Shown: positions 53,759 through 64,000 of the stretch, piece by piece
How positions within the stretch are numbered: the first letter of the stretch is position 1
Layout: every line of letters begins with the position of its first letter
Assembly: GCA_002269645.1 (NCBI GenBank)
Contig: NIVC01001558.1
Location: 62,001 to 126,000, forward strand
Direction: 5' to 3'
From: Macrostomum lignano
Lineage: Eukaryota
Length of the DNA stretch: 64,000 bases
Translations under genes and position numbers: made by a program
Notes under the pieces: model-generated
The model's database searches: none
What the model saw: the letters and a program-made list of their open reading frames with translations, nothing else
Told to the model about the DNA's origin: nothing

Positions 53759-54133
53759 ATGCTGTTTCTAGCTAGCCTTGTAATCTGTCTCCTATCTCCC
53801 ACTGCCTATGCCAGCACAATATCTTCAGGTGCGGCAAGAGCCAGGTCGAGCCAGGAAAAAATGCACCAAAAGAAAGCAAAAAGGGCAACAGAGAAGTTTC
53901 GGAGGCTGATGAGGGGAGAGAAAGGAATGAAAAATAACCGCAACAAAGCTGATGAGGCGAATAGGGCAGCTGGACGTGCGCAAAGTGCGGCATCAACAAC
54001 AGTGTTAAAAAAGGTACTTCCGCCATGCTGCAGGGCCGCCGCCTGCCTGCTGCAAGGAATCTCTCTCGCTGGGCCTCTTTCTAGGCCTATCCTGCTACAG
54101 AAACCAAAGGCCAGAATGTTAGCCGTCAGGTGA
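53759..54133 (+). CDS. hypothetical secreted basic peptide precursor, 124 aa
   Basis: Signal-peptide-like MLFLASLVICLLSPTAYA followed by a K/R-rich helix. No homology recognised. Confidence 0.2.
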   Translation: MLFLASLVICLLSPTAYASTISSGAARARSSQEKMHQKKAKRATEKFRRLMRGEKGMKNNRNKADEANRAAGRAQSAASTTVLKKVLPPCCRAAACLLQGISLAGPLSRPILLQKPKARMLAVR

Positions 54134-55037
54134 AGCACCAGGCGCTAAGAGAGGAGCGAACGCACCTGCAAGCAATCAATGCAACTCGGGAGCAGCTGCA
54201 GGAGTTTAGCCTTAGAGTGAGAAGAGTGACAATTGCCCCAGTCCCGATGATGAGTGGCACTGGGGATATTGTTTGGGTCGCGTTGATAATAATCCCATGA
54301 CAAGAAGGGGACACCACCAGGCCAGTTGAAGCTCTGCAGATTCGCACAGCACATCAGGGCGACTATCCATCCGCCCTCGCATGCGATGCCTATGAAGCGA
54401 TTAGCCTTGAAGTAGCATTAGCTGCTTACAGTATGTCCATGGCCTACTGAATTATACACCGCATGCGTCTGCAAGTCCCGGCTTCTCAGTGCTAAATACA
54501 AAATCGATATTTTTGTTGGTGAACTATGGCAAGGGAATTATTGAGCAGCTGCAGATTCTTAAGAAACTGAAAAACAGGAAATGCGACAGGATTTTAACAG
54601 TGTCATTTCCATTCGTTTTAAGTGGCAACTTTACTCTTCAATAACTATTTTTCCTTTAAACTACTACTAGTATGAGTAGAGACAGAGGCACTATTGCAGC
54701 AAATTCTGTTTCAATACATGTATTATAACGCACTTAAGAAAGAGTGGAACCAGGGTGCACAAATGTGGCATTGCCGCCACCGGAAGCGATAATTTAATTA
54801 AGAAATTTTGAAGGTGAAATGCAATCTGTCACAATATAATGATAGATAATCTACTGAAAAGTAGTAATAAAATAGTTTTAAGTGAATTTCTTATTCGTGT
54901 CTGCAGAAATATTGCATACTAATAGCTTAAGAGGCAAGAGGTTAATACCAGTTGAGAGCAGTATTAACTGGGAACTTTTAGCCACGCGTGCAGGAGCTCA
55001 CAGCTCTATTTTTTCTACAAACGATACCAGGAATTGC

Positions 55038-55403
55038 TTACCCTTCTTGCAGCGAGCGCATAGCCGAATTCCTATCGAATCCCTGCCAGCCAGTCTGCTC
55101 CTCTGCAGCCGCTCCGTCGTCATAGTAATCCAATTGGCTGTCGAACGGAGCCGCACAGAGCGCCGCACCGGCCGACGCGGGCTGCTCAAAGATGTCGTCT
55201 TCCCAGATGTAGCCGTCGTCGTCATTGCGTCGACGATCCTGACCCTCGCTGGCGTCGCCGGGGAAGCCGACAACGCCGATCCCAGTTCGCTGGCGCAGCT
55301 CGTCGAATACCAGCGGCGACATTCGACGCCAGGGCAGGCAGGCGAATTCGTCTTCATCATCGTCGTCATGGAAACCGCCGATGCTTCCTCCTCCGGTTGC
55401 CAT
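55038..55403 (-). CDS. hypothetical acidic protein or terminal exon, 121 aa from the ATG at 55403
   Basis: GC-rich coding-like sequence in an AT-rich flank; D/E-rich frame (FHDDDDEDEF, YIWEDDIFEQ); AG acceptors just upstream. Confidence 0.5.
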   Translation of the reverse strand: MATGGGSIGGFHDDDDEDEFACLPWRRMSPLVFDELRQRTGIGVVGFPGDASEGQDRRRNDDDGYIWEDDIFEQPASAGAALCAAPFDSQLDYYDDGAAAEEQTGWQGFDRNSAMRSLQEG

Positions 55404-55558
55404 TCCAGATTGAGAGTCACTATAGGCCCCTGGCAACTGCAGCTACTCAAATTGGCGCTCTTGCCCGGCTGACAGGAGCTGAGTTGGATTGCCGCACCAG
55501 CCTGATGCCTGGCTGAAGAGTGGCAATACACCATATGTATGTAAAATGTACCTTGGTG

Positions 55559-56015
55559 AGCTGGGTGCCACTATCCCACAGCAGGCACTTTGGTGCATGG
55601 GCTGGGTGCCACTATCCCACAGCAGGCACTTTGGTGCATGGGCTGGGTGCCACTGTGCACCATCCCACAGCAGGCGCTTTGGTGCATGGGCTGGGTGCCA
55701 CTGTGCACCATCCCACAGCAGGCACTTTGGTGCATGGGCTGGGTGCCACTATCCCACAGCAGGCACTTTGGTGCATGGGCTGGGTGCCACTGTGCACCAT
55801 CCCACAGCAGGCGCTTTGGTGCATGGGCTGGGTGCCACTGTGCACCATCCCACAGCAGGCACTTTGGTGCATGGGCTGGGTGCCACTATCCCACAGCAGG
55901 CGCTTTGGTGCACGGGCTGGGTGCCACTATCCCTCAGCAGGCACTTTGGTACATGGGCTGGGTGCCACTATCCCACAGCAGTCACTTTGGTGCATGGGCT
56001 GGGTGCCACTATCCC
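55559..56015. repeat. 41/50-bp minisatellite (GGGCTGGGTGCCACT[GTGCACC]ATCCCACAGCAGGCACTTTGGTGCAT)
   Basis: Two unit lengths are interspersed. Confidence 0.93.
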
Positions 56016-56666
56016 ATAAGCTACAATACAATGCTAGCAAACGAAGTAACCAAGGCAGCAGTATGAAGCGTGTTTCAAAGAAAATGACACTTTATTGAAT
56101 GAAACAGAATAAGTAGAAAATAGTTGATCGAGAGAAACTTATTCACAAGCAGCCTAAAACCATAAGATGAAAAGCAGCGCCTAAAATTGCTTTGCCGATA
56201 ACACAAGAAATACATATAGTTGAAGATGCACTGAAAACTTCTGTTCTGATTCTTGTACGCATAATCATATGGCTAAATAAAAGGTCAATTGAATTGAAGC
56301 AAGCATGCACCGAACATACTACTTAAGGCACCTAACACCGGAGATATTAAAGAGAAAGCAAAGGTTTTAAAGTAAATAATTAAATAAACAATATTTTAAT
56401 ATACGAATTAATCAAATGAGACGATATACTATAGAGCATTAACTAATACTTATATTTGACTATAACATAGAGAAAGATTATTTACAATAGGATACAGATT
56501 AAACAGAAGGCCTAGATGATTAGAGGCCAATAATATTGAGACTAGATCTATCCTATCTACCATGCATTTTTAACACTAATAGGCTATACTAGATGGTAAG
56601 AAATATACTTATAGAATTTTGTCTGCCTAATAACTAAAATGAATAAACCCAATATTGTCTCTGCGT

Positions 56667-57736
56667 CTATTTGTCTCCGCCTTGACGAAGCTCCACCCGC
56701 TCGGGCGTGGTGGCCGACTCCAAGCGGCGGAAATCCTCGCGGCCCAGAATGTAGACAATTAAAATTGCGTAGGCGCTGAGCACCAGGCCAAGGCAATTCG
56801 ACAGCTTGGCAGCGTCAGGCAGCTTGGCATAGTTGCCAGCGAAGAAATTCTTCTCTGTTAGGCCTAGCAGGCAGCTGGCCACGGAGCCAACAAATATGCC
56901 GGCGCCCCAGAACCTGCGGGGTTATTGGGCGTGGGGAAATGACAAGTTAGCGTTGCTTGAGTGGCACTGGGAGATGGGCATTGGTGGAGTGGCACTGGTA
57001 GATAAGCATTGGTGGAGTGGCACTGGGAGATGGGCATTGGTGGAGTGGCACTGGTAGATAAGCATTGGTGGAGTGGTACTGGTAGATAAGCATTGGTGGA
57101 GTGGTACTGGTAGATAAGCATTGGTGGAGTGGTACTGATAGATAAGCATTGGAGTGGCACTGGTAAATAAGCACAGGTGGAGTGGCACTGGTAGATAAGC
57201 ATTGGTAGATGGTCAAGGAGTAGCACTAGACATAAGTAATAAATGGCATGAACATACCGATGCATACTGAGATAAGAGGCCCGCAGAGAATCCGATAATG
57301 TCGGGAATACGAACGCGACAAAAGCGATGACCCATTGCATGCAGAACAGGATGACAACCGCTAGGCCGATCCAAGAGTGCAGACTGTACATATTGGGTAT
57401 ATTGTGGGTAGGCAGGTTGTGAAACTTAAACACAGCAACTAGGCCTACTATGCTGAACACGAGTGCCAGGATATGCAGAATTCCGTGCACACTCTTCAAT
57501 AAAGGCTTGCGACTGTTGCGAAAGACGCGATAAACCAATGCGGAATTGGCGTACAAAAACACCATACCGATGACCATGAACAGCGGATGGTAGTTGAACA
57601 CTTTTTCATTGTTCCAGTCGAATCCGCCAAGGTACTTAGTTAGCCATACTGTTGTCATGACAACCGCGCTAGCGCCGGTGGTCAGAGCTACTAGGACCCA
57701 CACAGTGAAGGATTTTAAAGAATTGTCACCAGCCAT
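56667..57736 (-). CDS. cyb561: cytochrome b561 family ascorbate-dependent ferrireductase, 2 exons, 241 aa
   Basis: Exon1 57736-57258, intron 57257-56914, exon2 56913-56667. Motifs FNYHPLFM, KSVHGILH, AVFKFHN, NMYSLHSWIG, H(R)|FWG with the heme-ligand histidines; phase-2 join. Confidence 0.93.
56955..57207. repeat. 28-bp intronic minisatellite (GGAGTGGCACTGGTAGATAAGCATTGGT)
   Basis: Fills the cyb561 intron. Confidence 0.92.
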
Positions 57737-57868
57737 TGATTTGATGCGCGTTCTAATTGGGCTGAAATGCAACATGATACAATAATCAACATTTAAACAT
57801 TAGCAGTAATACACATGGTGCAGCTCACAGGAATTTCTATTGGTGCAGATATTAACTTTACTAATGTC

Positions 57869-58200
57869 GAGGACCGTAGCCCAGTGATCTATCGCGGCGC
57901 TCTTATATGCCAGCGGCCCAGGCTCGATTCCAAGTTCAGCCACATTAATTTGGGGCTAAACTGGAACTTTGAGGGCCAACCCCCAAGACACAGTGAAGTG
58001 TACATGCCTAACGATAAATAAAGTTAAGGGCCGCTGTACACTCCTGTGTGAGTGTGTGCCTGTGCGTATGACTGCGTACGTATCCGCGCGCTTGTGTGCC
58101 TGCTCAGTCGGCGGAATATGGGCAGTAATGCCTCTCGCCGGTTGACAGTCGCTAGAAGTGCGCCAGGGTGCACACAGCCCGTGCCTATAATAATATTAAT
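57869..58200 (+). mobile_element. SINE family A, full-length copy
   Basis: A-box-like TAGCCCAGTGATCTA, B-box-like GGCTCGATTCC, AT tail; internal deletion relative to the copy at 14985. Confidence 0.82.
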
Positions 58201-58770
58201 TAACAGCTAATGCCACCTTGTTACGAGTGACACGTTTTGCTAGATCATTTTTCACATGCACTGATGCAATTATCCAGAAGCACATGATTTTTGGTAGTTA
58301 TACCGCAGACAGGCCGGGCTACTTGACCTTAGCTAGACGCTGGAAAGCCAAACAAGTACACAACAGAAACAGCAGGCAGCTACCTTATCTAGCTAACCTT
58401 CGCCTGCACTGAACTTATTCCATTGGCTTGTCTCCCAAAGCATTCCCAAGAAAGAATCTGTGTTTATGCAGCTAGCGGCATTAAGACAAAGTCTGGTGGC
58501 CTTAAGAAATCCTAGACCAGCTGCGCAGATCCGTGTCTCTGCAGTCAACTGTGCAGCGCAATACACACAGCGGACAGAGCCAGCAACTCCGGGCAGCAAT
58601 TTTCACGCAAAGAAAAAAAGCGAAAAAAATCTGTTTGGTCTCTCCTCTTTTTTAGTAGCATTTTCCATTTTTATTGGCATCGCTAAATGCAATGTGAGGT
58701 TGTGAATCAGCTACAATGACCATGCCGCGTTCCGTTACTAGAATGGTACAGATTTATTATTTTATAAAAA

Positions 58771-59112
58771 ATCTAAATCTATAGGCAGGGGCTGTGGACA
58801 CGCTGGCGCACTTTAAGTGACATTGTCACACAACCGACGAGAGGCATTATTGCCCATATTCCGCCGACTCCCCTGAGCAGGCACACAAGCGCGCGGATAC
58901 GTACGCAGTCATACGCACAGGCACACACTCACACAGGAGTGTAGAGCGGCCCTTAACTTTATTTATCGTTAGGCATGTACACTTCACTGTGTCTTGGGGG
59001 TTGGCCCTCAAGGGCATTAATTGCACGAGCAGAGCCAAGCCGAGATTCCAATTCAGCCCCAAACTGGACCACTGGCACATGAGAGCACTGCGCTAGACCA
59101 CTAGGCCATGGA
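58771..59112 (-). mobile_element. SINE family A, inverted copy
   Basis: Minus-strand head TGGCCTAGTGGTCTAGCG; body matches the other copies; the B-box segment appears deleted. Confidence 0.82.
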
Positions 59113-59267
59113 AGAGTAAAAATAAGATTTAAGGGCCTAGATACAAACCTGATGCCCCTACCAGACATGTAAAATAGGCTCTAGTATAACAAAGCATATA
59201 CCTAAGGTAGTATACAATTTAACATTTCATACAAGCATCATCTGTGACCTGCAACTTTTCAACTGCG

Positions 59268-62200
59268 AGTGGACATTTAGCTGGACTGATTTCATTTTTG
59301 ATTTATTGATTTGATTGAATGACTGAAAATTGACTTATTAAGTCTATGCATGCCTAAATTATTAAGATACTTATCTGATATATCAATACTTAAAGTACAA
59401 GAAATATACCATTAATCAAATTACAATAATGGCTTTCCTAGAAAGTCTTGCAAAATCCTGTATGGTTAGGGAACAGTCTATAACAGAGTCCTATAATGAA
59501 AAAATTAATATCTTTCTCTTTGATATTCTCTTTGATTCATTTCTCTTTCTCTTTCTTTCTCTTTTTAACAATAGTTGGTATATATACTAAGTTAATAAAA
59601 TATAGACTGTTACTCTTATTCACTATTATCTGAACATAGATCTTTAAAATACTATGATAAGCAAATTTTTATATAAAAATGACATAAAATAGCTATTAAT
59701 ATAGCTCATTCAACTGCACTTAGGCTCTGCCTACACACAACCTGTGCACACTGAGTAACCTATCATTGTTATGTATTTGACTGCAGTGGCAAAGCAATAT
59801 GGCTGATTTTCTTGCCCTATTATCAATAGGTGGAATTGTCTATACTATAGGCATTAGCACTAGGTTTAGACTATGTGTAAGGTCCCAAGTTTGAGTCTAC
59901 CTGCCAAGGGACAATTAAAATTGAATTTATTCATTCATTTGTAGCTTGTACATTGAATAATTTGGACATTTTTTATTTTAGCAAGGTACACTTGAAAAAA
60001 TATTATTTTTGCTATTTGGCATAAGTCTACTAGGCAAATTTGATTTGTAAAAAACTGCCTCAAGTATTACTGATCCCATCAATAGGTATTGCCTAGCTCC
60101 ATGAAAGTATGAAATTACTAAATTACAGACAATGCTGCTAAATTATATTTTAAACTGATATTGAGTATATTGCTAAATTTTAAGTTGTACAGAGTATCAA
60201 AAATTTATTAGTGAGCTATACTAAATGCTAAAAAATTGATTATTGAAAAGATCATTTCAATTTGCTAAGGAGACTGAAGTGCTAGCCAAGAGGAGAACTA
60301 CAGACTGCTGAAGGGATAAATAAGAATTGTTAAAGGAATAGTTGTAATATACAAATAGAATGACTACAGGCTACTGAGGAGAATCAAAGATTGTTAAAGG
60401 GATCATTGCAGACTGCAAAGGGGACAAATGACAAACTACTAAGGTAATTCCTCTGGACTTATAAGTGTATAGCTGCAAATTGCTAAGGGGGATAACTGCA
60501 GACTGCTTGGAGGATGATGGCAGACTTCTGAAAAGGATAACTAACTATTAAGTTTTGAGTGGGTAAAAACTGTGGAAGATTAAGTAGAGGTTGTTAAGGG
60601 GATTACTGCTTACTGTTACTGCCTAATGAATTATTGTGGTTTGCTAAAGGGGGGAGCTTTAGGCTGCTAAAAGGATAAATGCTTAATAAACATTAAAAGT
60701 TTTAAAAAGTTGTAGACTATAGGCTGCTAAGAGTATGACTGTAGTCTGTTTTGTAGGATTAGAAGGAATAATTTCAGGTTGTTGTAAGATATCTTAAGAA
60801 TTGCTGAGATGTCAAGATTTACTAGGGGAATTCCTTAGATGTCAAGGTTTAGTGGAGTTGCTGAGTTGTCAAGACTAATTGGAAGAATTACTGAGTTGTC
60901 AAGGCTAACTGGGAGAATTATTGAGATGTCAAGACTTACTGGGGAAATTGCTAAGATTTTTTGCTATTGGAGGATGCTTGGGAGATATTGAAATCAAAAT
61001 CTAAATAAGAAATTGAGAAAAAATGCTACAATTGAAATTTTTATGATAAAGATTGCCATATAAATTTTTTGTATAGAATAACCAATTGATGGAATTAAGG
61101 AAACAAGCCCTTTGGCTAGTTTTACTTCCTATTTTTAAAGTCATTTTATCTGCTAGCATACAAAAAAGTGGCAGAGAAAGTGACAGTGTATCACCTAGAC
61201 TCAACCTAAGGGGTAGTATAAGTAATATTAGTTTCTATGCTTTTTGGCACCCATGTTTTTGGTGCTTAGTATTTCAGTACCCTAGATTGCTTTTTGGTGT
61301 TCTAGTTTATAATATCTAAAGGCTTATGCACACTGCAATCAAATGAGGAACCAAATCATATGACTTGTTTAACCACATATTATTTTTTAATTTTTTCCTA
61401 ATTGCTTGAAATCTCAAATTTAGTGACAAAAGCTAATAATGCAAGGGCTAGTTGATCAACTAAAATGCTATACACTGGTTGCTTGCCTCTTACATAGTAC
61501 CCCAAGTTGCACAACACACAAAACTCAACTCAAGCCACTCTATTTCAACAACTCTCCATTTGGTCCTTAGAAACTCTACAATAGTAATCTGGCCCACTCA
61601 ATGTTTGTCTTTTTTCAGCAATTTTCTCTTTTCTCTTCTCTTCTATTGTGTTCTCCACTTTTTTGATGAATTAGATTGAAGTTGTGAGACACAAATTACT
61701 ACAAGTTCTTAATTCAAAATGAGCTCTTAGCTCTTTTATGTGCTTGTAAATTTTTCTTAGCATTCGCTGGCTTCAAGCTTATACCTGTAATGCACAAATC
61801 CCTTTTCATATCTATAGGAATATTTTACAATTAATAAAATGCACTATTAATCATCAGTGCCATAACACTCTCATCTTTTCTCTCCTCTTTTTTCTTTTCT
61901 CTTATTTTCTCTCTCCTTTCCTCTCTCTTTCTTCTTCTCCCTCTCCTCTTTTCTACTCTCTACCTAATTTATCTCTTTTTTCCTCTCATCTTCTCTGTGC
62001 TCTATTATTCCCTTACCTTTCCTTTCTTATATCTCCTTTTTTATTCCCTCATCTCTAGGACTGTAGTCATGCTCTAAGTTCTCTATCTGGCCCTTAAGAT
62101 AAAAAGTTTGCCAACTTATGACAAGTGAAATGAGCAAGCATGAAAAAACAGTATGCTTATTAATTGCCACTAGAACCCCTGGTAAACAAGGTGCAAGAAA

Positions 62201-62722
62201 ATCTCATTTTATATAACCTTCAGCACCTTGACAATTAAATACTAGGAAAAAGGACAATTAGAAAATTGTACTATGCTTGGTTTTTATTAGCTTATGCCAG
62301 TTATGTCAATAAGAGTGCTAGCCTTTATACTTTAATATAGACTATACATTGGTATTGAATTCAGAGCACAAAATAGTTTTCTAAAATCTATTGAAAATAT
62401 ATACACAAAATTTAGGCTTACTTTCAGATATTCAAATTTTGTGTAATCAATTGAAAATTGGCCTCCTTTGATGGCAGTGTGAACAAGCCTTAAATAAAGT
62501 ATTCATATAACAATATATTAAATTTTCTAAAAAACTTTTTATTTACCTGATAGAAGCAATATGGGATCTATTATGTTAAACTGGCATATTTTCTTAATTT
62601 AATGACAACAAATTTTCTGTTACACCACTGGCAACTACTAACTAGATTTGCCTGATAAGTAGATGTTAAAAATATATACACAAAATAGTATCAACAGACT
62701 TCTGTCTAGCTACACATTTTTT
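59268..62722. other. CpG-depleted AT-rich block of decayed repeats
   Basis: Manual scan found no CG between 59268 and 61764 and one (61765) up to 62722. Confidence 0.8.
60795..60958. repeat. degenerate about 30-bp repeat (same family as 50335-50415)
   Basis: GAATTGCTGAGATGTCAAG variants in tandem. Confidence 0.7.
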
Positions 62723-63332
62723 CGCTTTCCTTTTCATGTGACGTCTATTGACATTGACATTGTATAAGGGCCTGACAATGTACATGATATACAAAAAACT
62801 TCATTTTTTAAAAGGCTTGCTTGTGCCTTATGGCATGCTGTAATGGAAACCTAAGCCTTAATATGCATTCGCACAAGTTATTTTGATTCTTGAATCCGCT
62901 ATACCAAAATGAAGTCAGTCAGGAAGCTGTGCCACCTAGTGAACTATTTAATCACCCAAAATCAGTGTAGGCCTACGCGTAAATGAGGAAAAATACTAGC
63001 ACCAGTGTAGTGAGCAAGTACAAAGTCTTAAAATGCCTATTTACTACAATCATTACAATCGGCATTCGCAGTTTTCAATTATGTACAAATCGATCAAATG
63101 TCATCTATTTCTTAGAAATAGTATCTTTTGAACATTTAAAAAGAAAAACAAAAATTTCACAGGAAGATCGAAAATATTGTTATTAGCCTGATAAGAGAAT
63201 TATTATTAAACAATAAAAATAAGACGCAGACCTAGAAGTTAACCTCTACACGGTTAGTTGTTTTTAGAATTTTAGAACTTTAAGTAATAAAGGACACGGT
63301 ATGTACAGACAATATTTCAGTTTAATTAGAAA

Positions 63333-63503
63333 TAGGGGCGTAGCCAAGAGGGGGGACACCGGGGACATGTCTCCCTGGGGGAGATAATTTTTTACTGCTT
63401 TTGTATCTGCTTTTGGTTTCTACACGTCATTTAATAATGAGATGGATTGATGTCTCTCGATCTGTCCCAGCCACCTTGACGTGAATCCTGGCTACTACAC
63501 GCT
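63333..63503. mobile_element. possible degenerate MITE
   Basis: Imperfect terminal inverted repeats AGGGGCGTAGCCA ... TGGCTACTACACGCT. Confidence 0.3.
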
Positions 63504-64000
63504 TACTTAGAAAATGGTAGTTGCAACTAAAATTTAATTTTAACTAAGTCTAGTAAATTCCAACTAATTAAGCAGCTAAAAAAGCCTTTTAATCGCCCTA
63601 TATTTATGCCGAGTCAATCTACTTAAATGGCATATATATTTAATATGTACAAAATATCGAAAAAGATCAGTTATTTCCACAAAATCTCTATAAGTTGGCA
63701 CATAAAAATCCATATAAAAACTAATATAAAAAGGTATTTCCAATAGACTAAATATTCTTCCGATGGCTGCAACTAGTCAGAATAAGCTTTTCTTTCGATC
63801 CAAACATTGGAAAAGTCGATCCAATACATGTATGCGTGTTGAGTTTTCCGTAGTGTAATTCCGTAGTGTCAGCTTGATCCAAAAGCCAAGGAGTAATCAA
63901 GATAAAATAAGATTTTTTCAACTTTTGAAAATGTACATACACTTATATGTAGTTATATATTTAGATACGTAGATTTCGAGTTATGCATTACGACTCTGAT

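Overview
Eukaryotic (metazoan) genomic window. GC-rich exons with CAG runs, short GT-AG introns and minisatellite-filled introns resemble a Macrostomum-like flatworm; the taxon is inferred, not proven. Recognisable genes: an intronless divergent Rac-type GTPase (-), a BarH-type homeobox gene (-), a two-TM protein with an apparent frameshift (-), a CRAL-TRIO lipid-binding protein (-), an APC orthologue (-, Armadillo repeats, 20-aa-repeat-like and SAMP motifs, polyQ tail) and a cytochrome b561 (-). The standout is a 10-exon gene (+, 12397-21589) whose splice phases I traced by hand. It joins an N-terminal CARD-like domain, kinesin-light-chain-like TPRs, a long KKD/poly-Ser linker and a C-terminal Rab GTPase with no prenylation cysteines (about 1480-1510 aa), an architecture I do not recognise. 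APC has a reading-frame discontinuity at a correctly phased T_TTT_TTC heptamer (98-nt intron, assembly indel, or -1 frameshift). Mobile DNA: a full-length intact LOA-clade-like LINE with a 14-bp TSD, two tRNA-derived SINE families (one with a MIR CORE-like domain), a MITE, and at least 12 different minisatellites. A sharply bounded 3.4-kb block near the 3' end is almost free of CpG. All calls are from manual reading; no searches were run.
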